DNA of 64,000 nt. Source: an uncultured Clostridia bacterium (GTDB taxonomy: Bacteria > Bacillota > Clostridia > Christensenellales > CAG-917). The notes under the pieces are model-generated. The model did no database searches. It was not told the DNA's origin and was given only the letters and a program-made list of their open reading frames with translations. The stretch covers positions 52,679 to 116,678 of the forward strand of contig CALABJ010000029.1 of assembly GCA_937885645.1 (NCBI GenBank). Reading direction: 5' to 3'. This document shows positions 48,085-55,389 of the stretch, piece after piece (position 1 is the stretch's first letter; the number at the start of each line of letters is the position of its first letter). Made by a program: the position numbers and the translations under genes.

Positions 48085-49008
48085 TTAGTTGATGAATTTT
48101 CTTCTTGCTGCGCAAAGCGCGGTGATAAAATCTTTGTCCAGCTTTGTGAGCTTGTATCCTTTGTGATAAATGAGGACGTCTTTGTACACCTTTTTGTTTC
48201 CTTCGCAAACACGTTGCACAAGGTTGTATCTGTCAAGGATTTTCTGGGATGCCGGCGACACCCACATAAAGGTTTTGGGATTTTCTGAAAGAAGGTCAAA
48301 CTGACTTCCTCTTTCAAACACAAATATCCTCTGTCCAATATTGTCGGGCAGCTCCTCGCGGAACACTTTTGACATGGGAAGGCTGGGCACATAGGGGTCT
48401 GCGTGGGCAATCTCGATGAAAGATGACAAATCCTCATAGGTGATTTTTTCCTTGCTGGCAAGAGGATTGTCTCGGCTCATGATAAGCACGTATGAAAACT
48501 CCGCCACCAACTCGTAGGCAAGCCCCTTTTCTTCAAGCATTGTCTTGTAGTATTTGTCGTAGTTTTCTGAATAGCGGATGATGCCCAGCTTATATTCGTT
48601 TTCCAAAAGCTTCTTGATGGTCTTTTTGGAGTTTGTTTCCTTATAATAGATTTCTACGTCAGAGTCACCAATATTTTTTGAAAACTCCGCCAGTGCAGAA
48701 GAAATATAGCATGCACGAGGCACGGAAATAGAAAACTTGCGCTTCTTGTGAGAGCCGTCACGGTAAGACTGCTCTATCTTGTCAATGCGATGAAGGATGT
48801 CACGAGCATATTCAATAAACTCCTCTCCTTCGGGAGTCAAAATCATGCCCTTTGCGCTTCGTTGAAAAATGGTGATGCCAAGGTCTGCTTCCAGCTCCTT
48901 GATTGAACGACTGATATTGGGCTGTGCAATCAAAAGAGTTTCCGCTGCCTTATTCAGCGAACCAAGTTTTGCAACCTCAACTGCATATTTCATGTGCTGT
49001 ATGTTCAT
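48085..49008 (-). CDS. LysR-family transcriptional regulator
   Basis: Starts MNIQHMKYAVEVAKLGSLNKAAETLLIAQPNISRSIKELE (HTH) at ATG 49008 with a GGAG RBS. The track start at 49056 adds 16 implausible residues. Confidence 0.88.
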   Translation of the reverse strand: MNIQHMKYAVEVAKLGSLNKAAETLLIAQPNISRSIKELEADLGITIFQRSAKGMILTPEGEEFIEYARDILHRIDKIEQSYRDGSHKKRKFSISVPRACYISSALAEFSKNIGDSDVEIYYKETNSKKTIKKLLENEYKLGIIRYSENYDKYYKTMLEEKGLAYELVAEFSYVLIMSRDNPLASKEKITYEDLSSFIEIAHADPYVPSLPMSKVFREELPDNIGQRIFVFERGSQFDLLSENPKTFMWVSPASQKILDRYNLVQRVCEGNKKVYKDVLIYHKGYKLTKLDKDFITALCAARRKFIN

Positions 49009-49067
49009 AATCGGTCTCCTGCTGTTGATGTCCTGCCGACAGTCCACGTGCGCCACGTGTCTAAATT

Positions 49068-49095
49068 ATTATATCACAATTCACAAATAAATCAA
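49068..49095 (-). promoter_or_regulatory. Extended -10 promoter of the LysR gene
   Basis: Minus strand reads TTGATT-16 nt-TGATATAAT. Confidence 0.5.
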
Positions 49096-49191
49096 GACAC
49101 AAGCAAAGTATGGACACATATTTTCCTTGACCCAGTCCGCCCGCTCCGAACGACAGACCCCGACCTTCTTCAACACCTATTGCACAAAAAA

Positions 49192-49211
49192 AGAGCCGTT
49201 TGATTGGCTCT
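49192..49211. terminator. Hairpin flanking repeat copy 1
   Basis: aaaaaaAGAGCCgtttgattGGCTCTttgg. Read on the minus strand the hairpin is followed by TTTTTTT. Confidence 0.45.
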
Positions 49212-49299
49212 TTGGCGTTCCCACAGGGAATCGTAAGGAACGAAGTGACGGAATAGCGAGGTGGTGAGCTTGCTCACAAAGCCCAGCGTCAGCCCGAAC
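49211..49299. repeat. 89-nt direct repeat, copy 1
   Basis: tttggcgttcccacagggaatcgtaaggaacgaagtgacggaatagcgagg...gctcacaaagcccagcgtcagcccgaac. It differs from copy 2 at 5 positions. Confidence 0.9.
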
Positions 49300-49362
49300 T
49301 TCGGGGTTCTGCAACAGAGTTGCGTGCGGTTGACAAACAGCACTATTCCCTGAAAAGAAAAA

Positions 49363-49381
49363 ACGACGGGATGTCCGTCGT
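49363..49381. terminator. Hairpin flanking repeat copy 2
   Basis: aaaaaACGACGGgatgtCCGTCGTtttgg. Read on the minus strand the hairpin is followed by TTTTTT. Confidence 0.45.
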
Positions 49382-49470
49382 TTTGGCGTTCCCACAGGGA
49401 ATCGTAAGGAACAAAGTGACGGAATAGCGAGGCGATGAGCATGCTCACAAAGCCCAGTGTCAGCCCGAAC
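49382..49470. repeat. 89-nt direct repeat, copy 2 (171-nt period)
   Basis: Same sequence as 49211..49299 with 5 substitutions. A degenerate partial third copy of the 3' portion is visible at ~49131..49165. Confidence 0.9.
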
Positions 49471-49750
49471 GAGACCTTAGGAGCCCAGGTTAATTTTTGG
49501 AGCCTAACTTTGCTAGAATTTACCTTATGTTTTAACGTTTATAATATGGCAGTAAAATAGGCAAATTTTGAATGCTATTAGTAACAAAAACGGCATTTTT
49601 TAAGCAAAATAATTCCGAAAGTTTTTTCAACATATTCCGTCGAGATTTGGTGGCTATACCTGCACCTTTTTAGCAAAAAATTTGTCAAAATCAACAAAAA
49701 TTAATACTTTATTTTAACAATAGCGGTATCAAACACTACCGCTATTATTA

Positions 49751-50371
49751 CTAACATTCAGATAATTTTAGAGCCTCTACCAATTTATAAACTGTAGTAC
49801 ATGAATTCCACTTCCATATCTCAGGTCTAGAGTTAGGTCCATATAACTTTTCATGCTCCATCTTTCTTTTTTGATGTACTATCTTAGCATTATTAATTGC
49901 AGTTTTATAAAAAGGCAAAAAGTACTTTTTAATTAAATCTATGTCACTTTTCTCATAAGCCAAGCCTTTTTTCTTTTCACTAAGATACTTATCTAAAAGG
50001 CGCTTATGCGCATCTACATTTAATTCATTTTCACACTTATCAAAATGCGAAATAAGCCAAACTTCAAACGCTAAATTAGAAAATGCATATTTTACACCTG
50101 TTTCTTCCGCCATTTTTAATGCGGGAATAAGCCTTCCGTCTTTATAAGTATAATCCACATCAAAAACAACCCAAACCTGGTTTGACTCATCGATAAATCT
50201 TTGCGCATATTCTACTAATCCAAGAGGATCTGCATTGTCAAACAACACAGAAACATCATAAGTGCTTTTCTTTGATTTTAATGCGGTAAAATAATTATAT
50301 TCCGTTTCTTTTCCGTTTGTTATTATATAAAACTTGTTTCTTTGGTTTATCAAATTCTTTCGTCTTGCCAT
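49751..50371 (-). CDS. RloB-like (Toprim-like) protein
   Basis: 206 aa. The N-terminal FYIITNGKETEYNYF matches my memory of the RloB signature (ilIvcEGekTEpnYF). An acidic VVFDVD block follows. The GAGGTG RBS overlaps the ATPase stop 10 nt upstream. AT-rich codon usage. Confidence 0.75.
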   Translation of the reverse strand: MARRKNLINQRNKFYIITNGKETEYNYFTALKSKKSTYDVSVLFDNADPLGLVEYAQRFIDESNQVWVVFDVDYTYKDGRLIPALKMAEETGVKYAFSNLAFEVWLISHFDKCENELNVDAHKRLLDKYLSEKKKGLAYEKSDIDLIKKYFLPFYKTAINNAKIVHQKRKMEHEKLYGPNSRPEIWKWNSCTTVYKLVEALKLSEC

Positions 50372-50381
50372 TGCTTACACC

Positions 50382-51686
50382 TCACCAATCACGAGTCATA
50401 TCAGGCAATTTTGAATAGAAACCAGCTAAATAACGTTTGCTAAACAAGTTTTCTTTTCTAACATTTTTATAATCTGAAAGAGCCACCAGTCTACTTTCAC
50501 CATACTCATCTTTGCTTGTAAAATAAATTTGATCTCTGCGCAAATCTTCATCCATTAACATTACGTTATGAGCAGTGCATACCAACTGAGCATTCTTAGG
50601 ATTATTATCAATTGAATTAAACAATTTAATCAAATAGTCTGCAACCAAGAAATGTAATTTTGCATCTATTTCATCAATCAAAATAACTCTTCCTTGATCC
50701 AAGGCAGCAAGCATCCAGCCCAAATAACACAATAATCTTTCGGTACCTTCAGAATTAAAACCTCTATCCTTAAAGAGCATAACATTCTTTTTTGCAACTA
50801 CTCTTTTTGTTTTCTCATCAAAAACATCGAACTCTGTCAACATATCAATATTAAACAAATTGTTTTCTTCTTGCTTCAGCTGACCTTTAACTGCAGCGGG
50901 TTGAATTTGAAGTTGCGCATTAAATCTTAAAACATCATTAAGATCAGCCATATTGACAATCTTATCTTTCTTAACCGCAATGTCTCGAATACCAATATCT
51001 GCAAGTTTTAAAATTTTTAATGCACGCGCTCTATACTTACCACCTTCCATAGTATAAATATCTAAACTATTAGCATTGTTTTCAAAAACAATTAATAAAT
51101 TTTGAAACCATGCCATAACGTCATTAAGTGCAGGCATTATATCTAGGTGAAAGTTTTTGCCAACAGACAAGAACAATGCATTAGGCGCAAGATTAATAAG
51201 CTTTGCTGCAACTTTATCCGGGCCTACTATATCCAATCCTTTTTCAGTCCTCTTAAATACCGGAGTAAGCCTTTCAACTCTTTTATCAAGCCATTCTTCC
51301 TTTACAACGCCAAAATTAAGAATAAAACCGTATCTATAAAAAGTATTTTTATAAATAAACTCAACCTCGAACATGCTATCTTCCTGAATAGCAGTATCAT
51401 AAAAAGCAAAAGTTTCATTTTGCTGAACAATTGGCAATTGAGACGCGGATAATAGAATTACATTTTTCATATATGCTAATGCTTTAATAACATTAGATTT
51501 ACCCGAAGCATTTCCGCCAAATATAACAGCAGATTTTAATAATTCGTTTTCATCTTTAAGCATAACATTTTCATCAACAGAAAACGTATTAATTTCACGC
51601 ATAGCATCATCTTTAGTTGCTTCTAGACTGATTTCCGTATCCTCATAAAACGATCTAAAATTCTTAAATCTAAAATTCACTAGCAT
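50382..51686 (-). CDS. ABC/SMC-like AAA ATPase (AAA_21-type) partner of the RloB-like protein
   Basis: 434 aa from ATG 51686 (AAGGAG RBS). N-terminal NFRFKNFRSF, Walker A GGNASGKSNVIKA, Walker B plus D-loop ILIDEIDAKLH, late His (TAHN). Confidence 0.8.
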   Translation of the reverse strand: MLVNFRFKNFRSFYEDTEISLEATKDDAMREINTFSVDENVMLKDENELLKSAVIFGGNASGKSNVIKALAYMKNVILLSASQLPIVQQNETFAFYDTAIQEDSMFEVEFIYKNTFYRYGFILNFGVVKEEWLDKRVERLTPVFKRTEKGLDIVGPDKVAAKLINLAPNALFLSVGKNFHLDIMPALNDVMAWFQNLLIVFENNANSLDIYTMEGGKYRARALKILKLADIGIRDIAVKKDKIVNMADLNDVLRFNAQLQIQPAAVKGQLKQEENNLFNIDMLTEFDVFDEKTKRVVAKKNVMLFKDRGFNSEGTERLLCYLGWMLAALDQGRVILIDEIDAKLHFLVADYLIKLFNSIDNNPKNAQLVCTAHNVMLMDEDLRRDQIYFTSKDEYGESRLVALSDYKNVRKENLFSKRYLAGFYSKLPDMTRDW

Positions 51687-51710
51687 AATCAATTCTCCTT
51701 TTGCACATAT

Positions 51711-51739
51711 ATTCTACTATTATTATACCCATTCGTCAA
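51711..51739 (-). promoter_or_regulatory. Candidate promoter of the ATPase/RloB pair
   Basis: Minus strand reads TTGACG-17 nt-TAGAAT, ~20 nt upstream of the RBS. Confidence 0.45.
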
Positions 51740-51882
51740 GTCCTTATGTGTCATTTTTGCGTTTTTTTTGCAATTTTAGCGCCCTAGGTCGCTTATTTTT
51801 GATTTTTATTTATTGTATTTTATATAATATTTTGCAAGTATTAAAAATTCATTCAGTTATTGTTTGTGCTTCTATACGGTGT

Positions 51883-52095
51883 TTAAAGTTCATAAATAAC
51901 GTCCTGAGGAAGAAAATATCTTGCTAAACTAAACCAATTGCCAAATTTTACTGATTGAATTTGATAAACATCTTCAACTAAAACCAAAAGTATGCACTGC
52001 AATCTCGCAAGCAAATTTCTAATTGCTCGATTATCAACCATACTACACTCGTCAATAAAAACAATATCGTATGTTTGCCTAGGAAATAAATTCAA
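51883..52095 (-). pseudogene. Remnant of an SF1 helicase (motif II-III fragment only)
   Basis: 70-codon ORF with YDIVFIDECSMVD (motif II) and LVLVEDVYQIQSV (degenerate GDxxQ). It lacks both the Walker A region and the C-terminal half. Confidence 0.6.
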
Positions 52096-52140
52096 AGTAC
52101 TTTTAATTTTTTACAAAATCGCAAACTATTAAATAAAAGA

Positions 52141-52178
52141 AAAAATCAGTAAAATCCTCACGATTTTACTGATTTTTT
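52141..52178. terminator. Bidirectional terminator just downstream of tRNA-Arg
   Basis: aaaaATCAGTAAAATcctcacgATTTTACTGATttttt: perfect 11-bp stem. Confidence 0.6.
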
Positions 52179-52184
52179 GATATT

Positions 52185-52263
52185 TGGTGCACCTGAGACG
52201 ATTCGAACGTCCGACAAACCCAACTTAGGAGGTTGGTGCTCTATCCTGCTGAGCTACAGATGC
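52185..52263 (-). tRNA. tRNA-Arg (anticodon CCT), CCA encoded
   Basis: Minus strand reads GCATCTGTAGCTCAGCAGGATAGAGCACCAACCTCCTAAGTTGG...GGACGTTCGAATCGTCTCAGGTGCACCA. The acceptor, D, anticodon (loop CTCCTAA) and T arms all fold. The variable region looks 7 nt long, which needs tRNAscan confirmation. Confidence 0.85.
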
Positions 52264-52275
52264 ATATTCAATTAA

Positions 52276-52304
52276 AATTTAATTCTTATTTAATTCTAAA
52301 TCAA
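52276..52304 (-). promoter_or_regulatory. Candidate promoter of tRNA-Arg
   Basis: Minus strand reads TTGATT-17 nt-TAAATT, ending 13 nt before the mature 5' end. Confidence 0.35.
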
Positions 52305-52636
52305 TTTTTGATTTGAAGTAAAATTTCCGTTTCTCCCGTTGAGAATCAACCTGTTTATCAGCGCCTTTTTAGAAAAGAATTATTTTAAATCGCTCATTTT
52401 TAGCGAATACTCAAGTTTTTCCTTATAAATCGCATTATTTTTTGTATTGTTCAAAATTTATTATAAGATCCAAAAAATATCACGTTCCAACACAATTTAG
52501 GGGGATTGGCCTCCGCCTTAGGAGGGGCTTGTTATATCCGTTTAACTATGGAAGCAAGTCATTTATTGCGAGGTGAATTATACGCTGATTTTTCATCTGT
52601 GTCAAGAAGGTTGACGGACAAGTCGAGCGTATGCGA

Positions 52637-52652
52637 GCACAACATATTGTGG
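52637..52652. promoter_or_regulatory. NrdR-box-like palindrome, distal
   Basis: GCACAACATATTGTGG resembles the NrdR consensus acaCwAtATaTwGtgt. Confidence 0.45.
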
Positions 52653-52824
52653 TGGGGGTGGGGTTTGAATTTTGTTCAGGTTTTGAGGGGGTGAATAATC
52701 CGCATTTTTATAGACAATCGGTTAGAATACGCAAAACAATGTTTCGTGAAACTTTTAGATTGCCGATTTTGTCGAATCGCCCCGTTTTTGTCTAAAATTT
52801 AGAACGCGGGTAATTTTAACCAAA

Positions 52825-52840
52825 CCACAACATATTGTAT
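52825..52840. promoter_or_regulatory. NrdR-box-like palindrome, proximal
   Basis: CCACAACATATTGTAT shares the 13-mer CACAACATATTGT with the distal box and overlaps a TATAAT at 52838..52843. A weak partner (CCCATATTTTGTTGTT) lies ~31 nt downstream. Confidence 0.5.
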
Positions 52841-52880
52841 AATCGCATAAAAATTCTTCCCATATTTTGTTGTTTTTGGG

Positions 52881-52909
52881 TTGACAACCACCTCGCCTTC
52901 ATATACAAT
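52881..52909 (+). promoter_or_regulatory. Sigma-A promoter of nrdD
   Basis: TTGACA-17 nt-TACAAT, ~70 nt upstream of the AAGGAG RBS and the ATG at 52978. Confidence 0.55.
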
Positions 52910-52977
52910 AACTCTCGCACACCAGTTGGCAGATTCTGTCGACTATTTCTTAAAATAGACTAATAAGGAGAAACATT

Positions 52978-55347
52978 ATGCTTAACGTTAAGAAGCGTGA
53001 CGGAAACGTTGTTCCGTTTGATCTGTCCAAAATCAAGAACGCAATCGAAAAGGCATTTATTGCTGAAAAGAAAAGCTATAGCGATGACATTCTTGATATG
53101 TTGGCACTTCGCACCACCGCCACATTCAGCGACAAAGTGAAAAACGACGTGGTCTCAGTTGAAGACGTCCAAGACGCAGTTGAAGTGGTCCTCATCCAAG
53201 GTGGCTACGTTGAAGTGGCAAAGTCCTACATCCTCTATCGCAAGCAACGCGAGAAGGTCCGCAACATCGGATCAACCACCCTTGACTACACAAAGACAGT
53301 GAACAACTATCTCAACATCAACGACTGGCGCGTGAAGGAAAACAGCACCGTCACCTATTCAGTTGGTGGTCTTATCCTGTCCAACTCTGGCGCAATCACC
53401 GCAAACTACTGGCTCAGCGAAATCTACGATGAGGAAATCGGCAAGGCACACCGTGATGCAGCCATCCACATCCACGACCTCAGCATGCTCACCGGCTACT
53501 GCGCAGGTTGGTCACTGAAACAACTGATCAAGGAAGGTCTTGGCGGAATCCCCGGCAAGATTACCTCCTCTCCTGCAGGACACCTCTCCACCCTTTGCAA
53601 CCAAATGGTCAACTTCCTTGGCATCATGCAAAACGAGTGGGCAGGCGCACAAGCATTTTCATCCTTTGACACCTATCTTGCTCCCTTCGTCAAGGCAGAC
53701 AATCTGTCATACAAGGAAGTGAAGCAATGCATCCAATCCTTCATCTACGGCGTCAACACCCCTTCACGTTGGGGCACACAAGCACCTTTCACCAACATCA
53801 CCCTTGACTGGGTCGTGCCCAATGACCTTGCAGAACTTCCTGCAATCGTGGGCGGAAAGGAAATGGACTTCAAGTATAAGGATTGCGTGAAGGAAATGGC
53901 CATGGTAAACAAGGCCTTCATTGAAATTATGATTGAAGGTGACGCCAACGGCAGAGGATTCCAATATCCTATCCCCACCTACTCAATCACAAGAGATTTC
54001 GACTGGTCACCCACCGAAAACAACAAGTTGCTCTTTGAGATGACCGCAAAATACGGCACACCTTATTTCAGCAACTACATCAACAGCGATATGGAACCCA
54101 GCGACGTCAGAAGTATGTGCTGCCGTCTCCGCCTTGACCTGAGAGAACTCCGCAAAAAGAGCGGTGGCTTCTTCGGCAGTGGTGAATCAACTGGTTCAGT
54201 GGGCGTTGTCACCATCAATATGCCCAGAATCGCATACCTCGCAAAAGACGAAAAGGAATACTTTGCAGAACTTGAACGCCTCATGAACATCTCAGCACGT
54301 TCACTGAAAGTGAAACGTGACGTCATCACAAAACTTCTTGATGCAGGCCTCTACCCCTACACAAAGCGTTATCTCGGCACCTTCAACAACCACTTCTCCA
54401 CCATCGGTCTTGTGGGTATGAACGAAGCATGCCTCAACGCAAAGTGGATTGGCAAAGACCTCACCGACAAGAAGGCACAAGCATTCACAAAGAAGACCTT
54501 GAACTTCATGCGTGAAAAACTCAGCGACTATCAAGAAATGTACGGCGACCTGTACAACCTTGAAGCAACTCCCGCAGAGTCAACCTCATATCGTCTTGCA
54601 AAGCACGACAAACAAAGATATCCCGACATCATCACCGCAAGCGAAGGCAAGGATCAAGCACCTTACTACACCAACAGCTCACACCTCCCCGTCACCTTCA
54701 CAGCAGATATCTTTGAAGCACTTGACGTGCAAGATGAACTGCAAACCCTCTACACCTCAGGCACAGTGTTCCACGCATTCCTTGGACAAAAGCTTGAAGG
54801 TTGGGAAGCAGCAGCAAACCTTGTGAGAAAGATTGCTGAAAACTACAAACTGCCTTACTACACCATGTCACCTACATACTCAGTGTGCGCAGAGCACGGA
54901 TATCTTGCAGGTGAACAATGGACGTGCCCTATCTGTGGCAGAAAGGCAGAAGTATATAGCCGTATCACCGGATATTATCGTCCCGTCCAAAACTGGAACG
55001 ATGGCAAGATGGCAGAATTCAAGGAAAGAAAGACTTACGACATCGCCAACAGTGTCCTCACCCACGAAGGCGTCCTTGAAGAATGTGCTTGTGAAGCGGA
55101 AGAAGCACCCAAGGCAGAAAGCATCATGCTCTTCACCACAAAGACTTGCCCCAAGTGCAAGATGGCAAAAACCATGTTGAACGCAGCAGGCATTGACTTT
55201 GTTGAAATCGACGCCATTGACAACAAGGAATTGACCTTGTCCTACGGAGTTAGAGATGGTGGCACACTCCTCGTCCCCAACGGAAATGGATTTGACCGCT
55301 ATGACAACCCCAGTGCAATAAAAGGCTACATCGAGAGCTTGAAATAA
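52978..55347 (+). CDS. nrdD: Anaerobic (class III) ribonucleoside-triphosphate reductase with ATP-cone and a C-terminal fused redoxin domain
   Basis: 789 aa. ATP-cone VKKRDGNVVPFDLSKIKNAIEKAF, thiyl loop RSMCCRLRLD, Zn site C..H..CPICG, glycyl-radical motif SRITGYYRPV, then an extra ~125 aa. Confidence 0.93.
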   Translation: MLNVKKRDGNVVPFDLSKIKNAIEKAFIAEKKSYSDDILDMLALRTTATFSDKVKNDVVSVEDVQDAVEVVLIQGGYVEVAKSYILYRKQREKVRNIGSTTLDYTKTVNNYLNINDWRVKENSTVTYSVGGLILSNSGAITANYWLSEIYDEEIGKAHRDAAIHIHDLSMLTGYCAGWSLKQLIKEGLGGIPGKITSSPAGHLSTLCNQMVNFLGIMQNEWAGAQAFSSFDTYLAPFVKADNLSYKEVKQCIQSFIYGVNTPSRWGTQAPFTNITLDWVVPNDLAELPAIVGGKEMDFKYKDCVKEMAMVNKAFIEIMIEGDANGRGFQYPIPTYSITRDFDWSPTENNKLLFEMTAKYGTPYFSNYINSDMEPSDVRSMCCRLRLDLRELRKKSGGFFGSGESTGSVGVVTINMPRIAYLAKDEKEYFAELERLMNISARSLKVKRDVITKLLDAGLYPYTKRYLGTFNNHFSTIGLVGMNEACLNAKWIGKDLTDKKAQAFTKKTLNFMREKLSDYQEMYGDLYNLEATPAESTSYRLAKHDKQRYPDIITASEGKDQAPYYTNSSHLPVTFTADIFEALDVQDELQTLYTSGTVFHAFLGQKLEGWEAAANLVRKIAENYKLPYYTMSPTYSVCAEHGYLAGEQWTCPICGRKAEVYSRITGYYRPVQNWNDGKMAEFKERKTYDIANSVLTHEGVLEECACEAEEAPKAESIMLFTTKTCPKCKMAKTMLNAAGIDFVEIDAIDNKELTLSYGVRDGGTLLVPNGNGFDRYDNPSAIKGYIESLK
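55123..55344 (+). other. Glutaredoxin/NrdH-like CPxC domain fused to NrdD (residues 716-789)
   Basis: IMLFTTKTCPKCKMAKTMLNAAGIDFVEIDAIDNKELTLSYGVRDGGTLLVPNG...: a Trx-fold beta-alpha-beta with a CPKC motif and a cis-Pro-like LVP. Same frame as NrdD with no intervening stop. Confidence 0.7.
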
Positions 55348-55351
55348 CTTG

Positions 55352-55381
55352 AAAAGCATCTCACACGAGATGCTTTTTTTG
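55352..55381 (+). terminator. Intrinsic terminator/attenuator between nrdD and the TrxR-like gene
   Basis: aaAGCATCTCacacGAGATGCTttttttt. It ends 9 nt before the next ATG. Confidence 0.7.
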
Positions 55382-55389
55382 AGAAAATT

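Noticed and set aside
49170-49448. A 92-codon ORF containing the duplicated peptide SLFRHFVPYDSLWERQ.
   Set aside because: The duplication is just the translation of the 89-nt DNA repeat. There is no RBS, the other frames are full of stops, and the hairpin-plus-U-tract structure points to non-coding RNA or a repeat element.
49644-49666. A possible att-type direct repeat of the tRNA-Arg 3' end (gatttggtggctatacctgcacc versus tatttggtgcacctgag).
   Set aside because: Only a ~7-nt exact match (tttggtg), with an insertion in the middle. This is within chance expectation for AT-rich DNA and needs a real alignment before any claim.
51768-51783. A GC-rich near-palindrome AGCGCCCTAGGTCGCT inside the AT-rich islet, flanked by T-runs.
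   Set aside because: It is a short stem with one mismatch. It is oriented as a plus-strand terminator where no plus-strand gene exists, so it is probably a relic of the decayed element. Nothing testable beyond that.
52490-52700. A possible second tRNA or pseudo-tRNA and a 62-codon ORF (52506..52694). The minus strand reads GCTTCCATAGTTAAACGGATATAAC...CCTCCTAAGG, echoing the 5' half and anticodon loop of the adjacent tRNA-Arg.
   Set aside because: No anticodon stem or T-arm can be formed, and the only solid helix is CCTCC/GGAGG. The segment is too short for a tRNA. The ORF has a TTG start, no usable SD, and a Trp/Gly-rich nonsense tail. It is kept only as part of the long nrdD leader observation.
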